Origin: Arcobacter sp.
GTDB taxonomy: Bacteria; Campylobacterota; Campylobacteria; Campylobacterales; Arcobacteraceae
Direction of reading: 5' to 3'
DNA: 26,537 nt
Assembly: GCA_965662175.1 (NCBI GenBank)
Contig: CBFIGT010000022.1
Location: 1 to 26,537 of the forward strand
Below the pieces are notes generated by a model that did no database searches, was not told the origin of the DNA, and saw only the letters and a program-made list of their open reading frames with translations. Shown here piece after piece: positions 10,051-19,660 of this stretch (position 1 is the stretch's first letter; every line of letters starts with the position of its first letter). The translations under genes were made by a program, and so were the position numbers.

Positions 10051-10841
10051 TATGCATCAACCTTTTCAATCTTTACTTGTTTATATCGGTATCCATTTGA
10101 TAAAAAACTATTATCACTACTTTTAATACCACATAAAGCAATTGTTCCTTGTAGATTTTTATCTACTTTGAAAATTTTTTCAACACTTTCGTTTTTATAG
10201 TTTATTTTTATTTTCTCTTTATTTGATATTTTTGCGACCCTTGCGAAAGATTCACTTCCATATAAAAACTGCTCTTCTTTATCATTTTTATAACTATAAA
10301 CAACTGTTCCATTGTAAGAGTTCAACTCTTCAGGCTCTTCTAAACTTTTTGCTTCAAGCTCTATATCTTTTAGTAAAACAATATTTAAATCACTAAACTC
10401 TTCTAAAACTTTAATCATAGATTTAATATTTTCAACTCTTTCATGAGTAAATAAATCTTCACCTAAAATTAATGTTTTATTTTTTTTGTTTGAAGCTCGC
10501 TCAATCATCTCTTCAAACTCTTCTTCTCCAGCACTACTTTCAGCTGATATATATCCAATATCAAGCTCATTTATAAAGCTTTCTAACTCATCACTTCTAT
10601 TTTTTGTAAAAAAATCCAACAATAAAGCTAAAATTCCCTCTTCACTTCCAACTTCATATTTTACAAATTGTGTAGAATAAAGTTTTATATCTATATCATC
10701 AATAGGATGCATATAGATAAACTCTGCACTATTTTTTGCAATTGCTTTTATTATTAACTCTTTTGCTTGTTCACAATCTTTTGAAATCATTGAACCTAAA
10801 CAAATGATATAATCACTTTTTGAAACTATCTCTAAATTCAT
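10050..10841 (-). CDS. Campylobacterota complex I accessory subunit in the nuoF position (Cj1574c/HP1265-like); paralog of the NuoG C-terminal region
   Basis: No FMN/NADH-binding or Fe-S motifs of NuoF. Sits between the nuoE-position gene and nuoG, and aligns by eye to the NuoG C-terminal half (ILGEDLFTH vs IIGEDLITH). Confidence 0.85.
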   Translation of the reverse strand: MNLEIVSKSDYIICLGSMISKDCEQAKELIIKAIAKNSAEFIYMHPIDDIDIKLYSTQFVKYEVGSEEGILALLLDFFTKNRSDELESFINELDIGYISAESSAGEEEFEEMIERASNKKNKTLILGEDLFTHERVENIKSMIKVLEEFSDLNIVLLKDIELEAKSLEEPEELNSYNGTVVYSYKNDKEEQFLYGSESFARVAKISNKEKIKINYKNESVEKIFKVDKNLQGTIALCGIKSSDNSFLSNGYRYKQVKIEKVDA

Positions 10842-10846
10842 ATTTA

Positions 10847-11122
10847 TTACTCTTTACTCAAGTCAGACTCTTCTTGACTCTCTTTAGGTTCTGGTTTTAC
10901 TTTTTTTACAACTAATGTCCAATCCACTTCATTAAACTTTATGGAGTTCATTATTGTATATCCAGCTTCATAAACCATATCAGCTGATTTTTGAATAGGA
11001 GTAAAATCACCTATTTCAAAAAGAAAAATTGCATTTTCACCCTCAACTATATCTTTATCCATAAGCTCTAACATTCTAGAGTAGAAATTATCTTTTAATG
11101 GTCTTAAATCATATCTTTTCAT
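10847..11122 (-). CDS. Campylobacterota complex I small subunit in the nuoE position (Cj1575c/HP1264-like), 91 aa
   Basis: Start re-assigned to ATG at 11122 (MKRYDLRPL), after the nuoD stop and an AGGGG RBS. No Cys for a 2Fe-2S cluster; TusA-like pattern. Confidence 0.85.
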   Translation of the reverse strand: MKRYDLRPLKDNFYSRMLELMDKDIVEGENAIFLFEIGDFTPIQKSADMVYEAGYTIMNSIKFNEVDWTLVVKKVKPEPKESQEESDLSKE

Positions 11123-11132
11123 ACATCTACCC

Positions 11133-12359
11133 CTATCTATCAATCTCACCAAAAACAACGTTTAAGTTACCTATAATTGTAACAACATCCGCTAATTGTA
11201 ATCCAACTAAAAGCTCTTCTAGTAATCCTGTATGCCAAAAAGATGGTGCTCTTAATTTCATCTTATAAGCATATGGAGTTCCATCACTTACAATCATAAA
11301 ACCTAACTCACCTTTTGGTGATTCAGTTGCCACATAAATCTCACCTCTTGGTGGTCTCATACCTTGAGTTACTAAAACAAAATGTTGCATAAGTGCATAA
11401 TTTTGAGTCATAATATCCTCTTTCGAAGCTGATATATACTCAGGTGCATGGACCATAAGCTCACATTTTGATTCTTTGTACATAGGAACTAATTGTCTTA
11501 AGATTTTTGTACACTCACGCATCTCTTGCATATGAATTTTATATCTTGCATAAGAATCACCCTCTTGTGCAACAGGAACATCAAAATCAAGCTCAGGATA
11601 AATACCATAAGGCATCTCTTTTCTTAAATCCCATTTTTGACCACCTGCTCTTAAAATAGGTCCAGAACATGCCCACTGTTTTGCCATCTCATTATCAATA
11701 ACACCAACATTTTCAAGTCTCATTCTCCAGATTCTATTTTCTGTTAAAAGAGCTTCATATTTATCAACTTCTGTTTCTAAAATTCCACAAAATTTAAGTA
11801 AATCTTCACACCAATTTTCAGGTAAATCTAAAGGAACTCCACCAATTCTAACAGCACTATGAGTAAGTCTAGCTCCACAATAATCTTCAATTAAATCTAT
11901 TGCAAACTCTCTTTCTCTAAAAGCATAAAGGAAAACTGACATTGCACCAACATCAAGTGCATGGGTTGCAAGCCAAAAAAGATGAGACATAATTCTATTG
12001 ATTTCTAAAAGCATAGTTCTTATAATCTCAGCTCGTCTAGGAGCTTCAATACCTAAAAGTTTTTCAACAGCTAAGGCAAAACCATAATTATTTGATGTGG
12101 AAGCTATATAATCCATTCTATCAGTTGTTGGTAAGAACTCATTATAAATCATATTCTCACCCATTTTCTCCATACCCCTATGAAGATATCCAACATGAGG
12201 ACGTGATTTAACTATCTCTTCACCTTGAAGCTCTAGTACAAGTCTCATTTGTCCATGGGCAGATGGATGCTGTGGTCCGAAGTTAACAACCATAGCGTTA
12301 TCTTCTCTTTCAAAATTTATATTCTCAAAAAAAGGTTTTAATCTATTTGTTTGTTGCAT
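11133..12359 (-). CDS. nuoD: NADH-quinone oxidoreductase subunit D
   Basis: [28 protein letters not shown] motifs and C-terminal GEIDR. Confidence 0.98.
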   Translation of the reverse strand: MQQTNRLKPFFENINFEREDNAMVVNFGPQHPSAHGQMRLVLELQGEEIVKSRPHVGYLHRGMEKMGENMIYNEFLPTTDRMDYIASTSNNYGFALAVEKLLGIEAPRRAEIIRTMLLEINRIMSHLFWLATHALDVGAMSVFLYAFREREFAIDLIEDYCGARLTHSAVRIGGVPLDLPENWCEDLLKFCGILETEVDKYEALLTENRIWRMRLENVGVIDNEMAKQWACSGPILRAGGQKWDLRKEMPYGIYPELDFDVPVAQEGDSYARYKIHMQEMRECTKILRQLVPMYKESKCELMVHAPEYISASKEDIMTQNYALMQHFVLVTQGMRPPRGEIYVATESPKGELGFMIVSDGTPYAYKMKLRAPSFWHTGLLEELLVGLQLADVVTIIGNLNVVFGEIDR

Positions 12360-12362
12360 CTT

Positions 12363-13184
12363 CTACCTTCTTTCATCTAAGATTTTTGATTTATTTTCAT
12401 CAAACTCTTTTACTATTCTTTTACCAAATAGTTTAACTCCACCCTCTTCTGTATAAGCAAGAGGTGTTTTTGTCTCTTTACCCTCTTCAACAGGCGCACC
12501 AAATGGAACCTCATATCCAAGTCTTGCAAATCTTGTACTATCATATCTATCAATAGCAGCACTATCTCTCTCTTCAGGTCCAATAATATCCCTAGCTTCT
12601 TTTCCAAAAATCTTATCAACTTCATACCATTGGGCAACTTCATCACCTTGTAAAGGATATGTTTTTCTTAATGGATAATCATACCAATCATCAGGCATAA
12701 GGATTCTTTTCATATTTGGATGATTTGCAATCTTTACTCCATACATATCATACATTTCACGTTCACTCCAGTTTGCCATTCTAAAAACAGAATAAACAGA
12801 CTCTATAATCTCTTTCTCTTTTATAAAACACTTAACTCTCATTCTTTTATGTTTTGTCATAGAAAGCATTTCATAGAAAATCTCAAAACCACCACGAGAA
12901 GCTATATAATCAATAGCTGATAACTCCATCAACATATCATATTCAAGCTCTTCTTTTAGAAGTTTCAATGTTTTCACATTATCTTTTGGATTAATATAAA
13001 TTACTAACTCTTCTCTCTCCACATAAGCTTCAAGTATTTGTACTTTTGCACTTATCTCTCCAATATCACTTGAGTAAATTTCATCTTCACTTGGATTTAT
13101 TCTTGGAAGTTGAGGAGTTACGTAAAATCTATCATTAAAGTATGATTTTTTTTGTACATCATTTTTAGGTGTATATTTTCTCAT
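12363..13184 (-). CDS. nuoC: NADH-quinone oxidoreductase subunit C
   Basis: ANWSEREMYDMYG, HPNMKRILMP and PLRKTYPL motifs. Confidence 0.97.
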   Translation of the reverse strand: MRKYTPKNDVQKKSYFNDRFYVTPQLPRINPSEDEIYSSDIGEISAKVQILEAYVEREELVIYINPKDNVKTLKLLKEELEYDMLMELSAIDYIASRGGFEIFYEMLSMTKHKRMRVKCFIKEKEIIESVYSVFRMANWSEREMYDMYGVKIANHPNMKRILMPDDWYDYPLRKTYPLQGDEVAQWYEVDKIFGKEARDIIGPEERDSAAIDRYDSTRFARLGYEVPFGAPVEEGKETKTPLAYTEEGGVKLFGKRIVKEFDENKSKILDERR

Positions 13185-13693
13185 TATACTAACCTCTTTC
13201 TTTTTCTTGATTGGAATGCTGATTCTCTTCTTATTTTCTTTTGAAGCATCATAAGCGCATATTGAAGTGTTTCAGGTCTAGGTGCACAACCAGGTAGATA
13301 AATATCAACAGGAATAATTCTATCAACACCTTGAACAGTTGCGTAAGTATTAAACATACCTCCTGTATTTGCACATGATCCCATAGAAATCACCCATTTT
13401 GGATCAGGCATTTGGTCATATAATCTTCTCATAAACTCAGCATGTTTTTTTGTTAAAGTTCCAGCAACTACAATAACATCAGCTTGTCTAGGACTAGCTC
13501 TAAATATTGTTCCAAATCTATCAAAGTCATATCGTGAAGCTCCCGTTGCCATCATCTCAATTGCACAACAAGCAAGACCATAAGTCATAGGCCATAAAGA
13601 GTTACTTCTACCAAAGTTTACAATTTTGTCAACAGTTGTAAGAGCAATAGGTGCCCCACCATCTTGAAAATATTTTATTTTATGCTGTGCCAT
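13184..13693 (-). CDS. nuoB: NADH-quinone oxidoreductase subunit B
   Basis: [15 protein letters not shown] and PGCAPRPE (N2 cluster ligands). Confidence 0.98.
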   Translation of the reverse strand: MAQHKIKYFQDGGAPIALTTVDKIVNFGRSNSLWPMTYGLACCAIEMMATGASRYDFDRFGTIFRASPRQADVIVVAGTLTKKHAEFMRRLYDQMPDPKWVISMGSCANTGGMFNTYATVQGVDRIIPVDIYLPGCAPRPETLQYALMMLQKKIRRESAFQSRKRKRLV

Positions 13694-14064
13694 TCAAGTG
13701 CTCCTTTTTTCCATGCATAAATAAATCCAATAGTTAATAAAATGATAAATAGAATCATCTCTATAAATCCAAACCATCCTAAAACTTTGAAATCAACTGC
13801 CCATGGGAACATAAATATAATCTCTATATCAAATAAGATAAACAAAAGTGCCATTAAATAGAACTGCACTGAAACGGTATTTGGTTGTTTTGTTACTTCA
13901 GGTCCACACTCATAAAGTGTAGTTTTTAGCTTCTCCGTATCAAGTCTAGCCATTTTTCTACTAACAAGTCTAGCTAACCAAACTGTAGCCATAAATGCGC
14001 CAAATGTAACTACGAACATAACGAAAACACCAAAATACGGATGAGAAAAATCCATATGAGTCAT
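13675..14064 (-). CDS. nuoA: NADH-quinone oxidoreductase subunit A
   Basis: [19 protein letters not shown] and WKKGALEW motifs; AAGGA RBS upstream. Confidence 0.97.
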   Translation of the reverse strand: MTHMDFSHPYFGVFVMFVVTFGAFMATVWLARLVSRKMARLDTEKLKTTLYECGPEVTKQPNTVSVQFYLMALLFILFDIEIIFMFPWAVDFKVLGWFGFIEMILFIILLTIGFIYAWKKGALEWHSIK

Positions 14065-14360
14065 AATTTTCTTCCTTAATGTATTGCTACTAAATATATT
14101 TAGTTTTATCTTTTTAATTTACTTTCAGCTAGATACTAGCAAAACTATTTTAAATATAGACTTAAGATTTAAGATATAATTTTAACTTATATAAAAACTT
14201 TCTAAAATCAAAAATGCTACTATTTAATCTACTTATTTAAAATCTATTCAAATATCTAAAAAAATTCTGAATATTGGAGTTATAATAACATATTCTTAAA
14301 TAAAAATAATATAAAAATATTAATTATTTTACATTATCTTAATTGCTTATTTCTACTAAT

Positions 14361-16094
14361 TTAGAAAAAACCTACCTTATTTTCACTATCAAATTGAGAA
14401 CTTTTTTCTTTTGAAATTTGTTCTTTAAAATCACTTATTCTAAAAATTGGATTATCTTCAACGGCCACTTTATAAGCTGTATTTTTAATAACTAGTTCAA
14501 TTTGGCCACCTGTTAACTCTTCCTCAGATATTTTATCTATATCAAAATCTTCAGCTAATGGAATATTTTCAGGTAGTAGTTTTTTCCATAACTCTACTCT
14601 TTGCTCTTTATTTGGTTTTACAAACTCTATTTTATAATTAAACCTTCGTGAAAAGGCCTTATCTAGATTTTCTAACAAGTTTGTAGTAGCAATAAGTATT
14701 CCATCAAACCTTTCAATTTGTTCTAAAAAGATATTTTGCATTTGATTATGCATCTTATCGCTACCACTTGTACCATCTGTTACTCTTGAACTTAAAAATT
14801 GATCAGCCTCATTTAAAAGTAAAATTGGTTCTGATTTTGTTCTATCTTTTATATCATTATATGTTTCAAAGATTTTTCTTACATTTTTTTCACTCTCACC
14901 AACATACATAGATAAAATTTTTGAACAATCAAAAGATAGAACCTGTTTTTTAAGTGATTTTGCCATAGCAAGTGCTGTCAAAGTTTTACCCGTACCTGCA
15001 ACTCCATAAAAGATAATTCTTGCATCAATGCCTTTTTTCTTATCTTTAATTCCCCACTCTTTTAATCTATTAATTACTTTTTTATCAACTTGTTGTAAAA
15101 GTGCATCGAGGGTTTCTCTAGTTTTTGGATTTAAAACTACATCTTCAAGTGTTTTATCAGTTGAGATTAGTTCAAACATCTCTTGCTCTTTTATTACAGT
15201 ATCAAGTTTTATTTTTGTTGCACGACTTTTCTTCTTTGTTGGATGGGAAATTTTATATAAAACCTCATCAGGAATATAAAAATTTCTATTAATTCCACCA
15301 AAAGGAGTTAACATTTCATCATAATCTACAAGTCCTGTTGATACAAGTTTTGAACTCTCTTCAAGCAAACTTCTATTTTTGATTTTTTCATAATCATCAT
15401 GGGAAATCAAATCAATCAGTGAATTCATATCTCTAATTGATTCATCACCACCTGCATACTCCTCTTTTAATAAGGCTAAAAACAGCATCTGTTCATGCTC
15501 ATTTAGGTCATTCTCTTTAAAAAAGCCCACAAGCATAATCTCATTTGGAGTTGCTTGAACTCTCTCTTTAATTCTATTCTCTAAAAGAGTAAGTTTTGAT
15601 TTTAATCTTTTAATATTTGGAGATTTTTCATCAAAATTATGTTTTACTACATTTAACTTTTGTGCTAAATCTATTTTAAAAAATTGGTCTTGTAAATACT
15701 CAAGATGGTCACTATATTTTGTAATCTCAGGTAAAGACATATCCATTGAACCATCTTCCATAAGTTTTAAAAATGATGGTGTTAAAGATACACTTGAGTT
15801 TAAAAGTTCTAGTTTTGATATTTCACTTAATTTTACAGGTGTAAATGAGTTTTGTACTAACCAACCTAACTCTAATAATGATTTAATAAGCTCTAGTTTA
15901 TATAAGTGTTCATATTTTTTAATATCATAAAACTCTGATAATATATCAATCACCATCAAAGCATCACGACCTTCAATATACTGTTTTGTAATATATTGAA
16001 GAATTTTTCCCTCTTCTAAATCGCATTTTAATTGTATAAATAAATCTTCTTTTTCTAAATTTTTACTCTGTATAAATTTAATCAATTCGTTCAT
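14361..16094 (-). CDS. AAA+ family ATPase
   Basis: Walker A GVAGTGKT, pore loop SMYVGE, variant Walker B ILLLNEAD, SRH ATTN...DKAFSRRF and C-terminal VGF. Confidence 0.92.
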   Translation of the reverse strand: MNELIKFIQSKNLEKEDLFIQLKCDLEEGKILQYITKQYIEGRDALMVIDILSEFYDIKKYEHLYKLELIKSLLELGWLVQNSFTPVKLSEISKLELLNSSVSLTPSFLKLMEDGSMDMSLPEITKYSDHLEYLQDQFFKIDLAQKLNVVKHNFDEKSPNIKRLKSKLTLLENRIKERVQATPNEIMLVGFFKENDLNEHEQMLFLALLKEEYAGGDESIRDMNSLIDLISHDDYEKIKNRSLLEESSKLVSTGLVDYDEMLTPFGGINRNFYIPDEVLYKISHPTKKKSRATKIKLDTVIKEQEMFELISTDKTLEDVVLNPKTRETLDALLQQVDKKVINRLKEWGIKDKKKGIDARIIFYGVAGTGKTLTALAMAKSLKKQVLSFDCSKILSMYVGESEKNVRKIFETYNDIKDRTKSEPILLLNEADQFLSSRVTDGTSGSDKMHNQMQNIFLEQIERFDGILIATTNLLENLDKAFSRRFNYKIEFVKPNKEQRVELWKKLLPENIPLAEDFDIDKISEEELTGGQIELVIKNTAYKVAVEDNPIFRISDFKEQISKEKSSQFDSENKVGFF

Positions 16095-16241
16095 TGCTTT
16101 CCTTTTATCAATAAAGGATAATACATTAAAATCTCTAAAAATGTCATATATTAACTTTTATGGATGATAATTAAGATTTTTATCTAAGATAATATTTATA
16201 ATTATAATTTTATAATTACTAAAAATATTCAAGGAAACAAC

Positions 16242-16934
16242 ATAAAAATCAAATATATACAACTAATTTTATTATTTTTTGTTTCACTCTCTTTTGCAAG
16301 TGAGGATATTCATCTGTGCTCAAAAGAGGAGTTTAAAGAGGATATTTTTAACTGTTATTTAAAACATGCAAAAAATAAAAACCTAGAGGCTCAGGTAATA
16401 ATTGCAAATAGCTACTCCCTTGGGACTATTAGTGAAGTTGATTCAAATAAAGCTTTTTATTGGTATCAAGAGGCTGCAAAAAAAGATGATGCCCGTTCAA
16501 ACTATATGCTTGCAATTATGTATGCAAGTGGTTTTGGAGCAACAAAAGATATTGAAAAATCTATTCAATATCATGTTAAAGCAGCTATTTTAGGCTCAAC
16601 TGATTCTTCATACTATTTGGGAAATATATATTTAAAAGGTGAAAATATAAAACAAGATTTAGATAAGTCTATTTTTTGGTTTGAAAAAGGAAAAGAGAAA
16701 GAGCATATTCCATCAATTTTTAACTTAGGTCAAATCTATCTAAGTGATAATTTATCAAAAAAAGATGAAAAAAAAGCATTTGAATGCTTTTTATTATCAG
16801 CAAGATTAGACCATAGAGAATCACAAAAACAAGTCTCTTATATGTATAAAGAGGGAATTGGTGTAGAAAAAAGTGATTGGAAATCAGAGTATTGGTTAAA
16901 AAAATACTCCACTTCAAGTGAAATAGAGAAGTAG
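16242..16934 (+). CDS. Secreted Sel1-like (TPR) repeat protein, 230 aa, with apparent ATA start
   Basis: The 16506 ORF extends 88 codons upstream without a stop to ATA at 16242, 6 nt after AAGGA. The extension encodes a signal peptide (KIKYIQLILLFFVSLSFAS) and a Sel1 repeat (KAFYWYQEAAKK); further Sel1 repeats follow. Confidence 0.8.
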   Translation: MKIKYIQLILLFFVSLSFASEDIHLCSKEEFKEDIFNCYLKHAKNKNLEAQVIIANSYSLGTISEVDSNKAFYWYQEAAKKDDARSNYMLAIMYASGFGATKDIEKSIQYHVKAAILGSTDSSYYLGNIYLKGENIKQDLDKSIFWFEKGKEKEHIPSIFNLGQIYLSDNLSKKDEKKAFECFLLSARLDHRESQKQVSYMYKEGIGVEKSDWKSEYWLKKYSTSSEIEK

Positions 16935-17291
16935 TTATTTAGTTCTTTTTTCTAACTCTTTATAAAATACCTCACTATCAATACTCTCTTTAAAATATAA
17001 ACTCTCATCTAAACTATCTGTTTTGATTAATATTTTACTATTCTCTTTTTTTATAGCTTTAATATCACTATATTTAATATAAACATTTTCACTAAAATCA
17101 ATACTAAACTGATTTTTTATAATCACTACTTTTTCATCACAAATTGCTTTGTATCTTGATTTATAGTTATAAATATTTTGACAAGAGTTCTTTTTATAGA
17201 ACTCCTCTATCATAGATATATTTGATGAATCAACATATAAAACCCAAGCTAATGCTATGAAAAATGGTGATAAAAAAACTAATATTATCAT
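16935..17291 (-). CDS. Hypothetical protein with N-terminal membrane anchor
   Basis: Hydrophobic N-terminus, AAGGA RBS, directly downstream of nfo on the same strand. Confidence 0.7.
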   Translation of the reverse strand: MIILVFLSPFFIALAWVLYVDSSNISMIEEFYKKNSCQNIYNYKSRYKAICDEKVVIIKNQFSIDFSENVYIKYSDIKAIKKENSKILIKTDSLDESLYFKESIDSEVFYKELEKRTK

Positions 17292-17314
17292 GAAATTATG
17301 TCCTTGTTCTCTTT

Positions 17315-18160
17315 TTAATTCTCAACCAAATCATAAAGTGCTTGTATCTCTTGAGCCCAAATCTCTTCATTTATTGTCTCAAGTACCAAAGGAATATCAT
17401 CCATTCTATCATCATTCATAATAAATCTAAAAGCATCCCAACCAATTTTTCCAACTCCAAGTGAATCATGTCTATCAACCCTGCTTCCAAGCTCTGGTTT
17501 TGAATCATTTATATGCATTCCCATTAAGTATTGTCGTCCTACAATCTCATCAAACTCTTTCCATGTTTTATCATATTCTTCTCTTGTTCTTATATCATAA
17601 CCTGCTGTAAACATATGGCAAGTATCTATACAAACACCTATTCTAGATTTATCTTCAACTTTATCAATAATATGTGCTAAATGTTCAAATTTATATCCTA
17701 GGTTTGAACCTTGTCCTGCTGTGTTTTCTATTACCATTTTTATATCATTTGTAGCATCAATTGCTTGATTTAGTGAAAGTGCAATTCTATCTAAACACTC
17801 ATCTTCTGTGATTTTTCGTAAATGTGAACCTGGATGAAAATTCAGTCTATCAAGTTTAAGTATTTCACATCTTTGAATTTCATGAATAAATCCATTTAAT
17901 GATTTTTCTCTATTCTCTTCAACTGGATGCCCAAGATTAATTAAGTATGAATCATGGGGCAAAATATGCTTTGCTTCAATACCTGTTTTTTCCATCTCTA
18001 AAAACCATTTATCCAAAGTCTTAGTATCAAAATCTTTTGCTGCCCATTGTCTTTGATTTTTTACAAAAAGAGCAAAAGCTTTTGCTCCTATTTCTCTAGC
18101 ATTTATTGGTGCATTATAAACTCCACCACTAGCACTAACATGTGCTCCAACATATTTCAT
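17315..18160 (-). CDS. nfo: Endonuclease IV (AP endonuclease)
   Basis: [41 protein letters not shown] and LET motifs. Confidence 0.98.
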   Translation of the reverse strand: MKYVGAHVSASGGVYNAPINAREIGAKAFALFVKNQRQWAAKDFDTKTLDKWFLEMEKTGIEAKHILPHDSYLINLGHPVEENREKSLNGFIHEIQRCEILKLDRLNFHPGSHLRKITEDECLDRIALSLNQAIDATNDIKMVIENTAGQGSNLGYKFEHLAHIIDKVEDKSRIGVCIDTCHMFTAGYDIRTREEYDKTWKEFDEIVGRQYLMGMHINDSKPELGSRVDRHDSLGVGKIGWDAFRFIMNDDRMDDIPLVLETINEEIWAQEIQALYDLVEN

Positions 18161-18346
18161 TATTAGTTCCTAAATATTTTAATTTTTTGTATTTTACAAT
18201 AATAGTCTGTAGCTAATTTTAAGTCTTTTGTTTTTCTAATATGAAGAGGTATAAATTATGCATATACTAAGTAGCTATATTTGGGCTATAAAAATTTTGT
18301 ATGATTCCAGCCTCATTAAAAAAGATAATAAAAAAGGTTTCACTTT

Positions 18347-19552
18347 ATGGAAAAAATAGTAATAATTGGTGGTGGTTATGCAGGAATTTATGCTCTAAGA
18401 GAATTAGTAAAAAATAAAAATATAAAAATCACCTTGATTGATAAACATACCTTTCATAACCTACAACCTGAAGTTTATGATTTGATTGCAAACAAATCAA
18501 ATATTGCTGATGTTACAATTGATTTAACTACACTATGTAAGGGTCTAAATCATAGTTATTTAGAGTACAAAAATTTAAAAGTTAAAAAAATTGACCAAAA
18601 AATAAAAAAAATCTATACAGATGAAGAAGAGATAGTTGAATATGACTATTTAATACTAGCTACCGGAACAAGAACATTTTTTCCATCAATTATTCCAGGG
18701 CTTAACAGTGCCCACGATATCAAAAAACTAGAGTGGGCTATGTTTTTTAAACAAAGTTTTGAAAATCAACTTTTTAAAAAAATACAAGATGAAGCAAAAA
18801 CTTGTGATGATACACATATTGTAGTTGTTGGTGCTGGATTATCAGGAGTTGAAATAGCAGCTGAGATGGCATATAACTCAAGAATGTTTTTCAAAAGAGG
18901 AAATTTTTCATGTGATAATTTAAAAATTTCTCTTGTAAGTAGTGCTGATACTATTTTACCAGGACTTAGTCCAAAACTAATAAGAATCTCTCAAGAAAGA
19001 CTCAAAGAGTTAGGGATTAATGTTATTACAAATACAAAACTCCAAAGATGCGAAGATGGCTTTGCTTATTTATCAAATGGAACAAAAATTTATCACTCAT
19101 TTTTAATCTTTACAGGTGGAGTTGAAGCCAATAAAATTACAGAAGAATTAAATATTCTTAAAAATCCAAAAGGTCAAATTATAGTAAATGAGTTTATGCA
19201 AAGTAATGATGATAAGACTATTTTTGCAATTGGCGATGCAGCTGAAATTAAAAATAAAAAAGGTGAGCTCATGCCTCCTAATGTTACTATTGCTAGAATT
19301 AGTGGAATAAATGCAGGTAAAAATATTTTAAGAATGATTAAAAATAAAAAACTAATAGCTTGTGAGCCAAAACTTGAGGGAATACTAATAGCTCTTGGAG
19401 GGAAATATGCAGCTGGAAATCTTTATGATATGATTCACGTAAAAGGAAGAGTAGCATATGAAATAAAAAAATATGTATTTGATTCATATAGAGCACCTCT
19501 TCTAAAGCTCATAAAATCGGGGTATTCTAAACTAAAAAGAGGTATGGCATAA
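18347..19552 (+). CDS. Type II NAD(P)H dehydrogenase-like FAD-dependent oxidoreductase
   Basis: Two Rossmann motifs (IIGGGYAG; VVGAGLSGVEIAAE), YDYLILATG and IFAIGD; 401 aa. Confidence 0.85.
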   Translation: MEKIVIIGGGYAGIYALRELVKNKNIKITLIDKHTFHNLQPEVYDLIANKSNIADVTIDLTTLCKGLNHSYLEYKNLKVKKIDQKIKKIYTDEEEIVEYDYLILATGTRTFFPSIIPGLNSAHDIKKLEWAMFFKQSFENQLFKKIQDEAKTCDDTHIVVVGAGLSGVEIAAEMAYNSRMFFKRGNFSCDNLKISLVSSADTILPGLSPKLIRISQERLKELGINVITNTKLQRCEDGFAYLSNGTKIYHSFLIFTGGVEANKITEELNILKNPKGQIIVNEFMQSNDDKTIFAIGDAAEIKNKKGELMPPNVTIARISGINAGKNILRMIKNKKLIACEPKLEGILIALGGKYAAGNLYDMIHVKGRVAYEIKKYVFDSYRAPLLKLIKSGYSKLKRGMA

Positions 19553-19600
19553 AACTATTTTTCTGAGCATATGACAAAAACGCTACGTAAATGCTATTTT

Positions 19601-19633
19601 TATCATACAAATATCATAATATTTTTTTATGAT
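19601..19633 (+). promoter_or_regulatory. Putative operator and -10 box upstream of lctP
   Basis: Palindrome ATCATAA-N7-TTATGAT (19613-19633) overlapping a TATGAT -10-like hexamer, plus a TATCATA direct repeat at 19601 and 19612. Confidence 0.45.
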
Positions 19634-19660
19634 TAAATCTCCAGAATAAGGAGAAAAATT

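Noticed and set aside
10050..11122. Calling these two genes nuoF and nuoE
   Set aside because: They occupy those positions but lack the diagnostic cofactor motifs.
11123..11158. Longer start for the nuoE-position gene ([12 protein letters not shown])
   Set aside because: It overlaps the conserved nuoD C-terminus, and the RBS supports the ATG at 11122.
14065..14360. AT-rich nuoA upstream region with a small GCTAG-ata-CTAGC dyad as a riboswitch or ncRNA
   Set aside because: Only a 5-bp stem, with no recognisable RNA family. Several -10-like hexamers are present but none can be assigned confidently.
16402..16593. 63-aa + strand ORF suggesting a frameshifted Sel1 gene
   Set aside because: The Sel1 frame is already continuous from 16242 to 16934, so no frameshift is needed.
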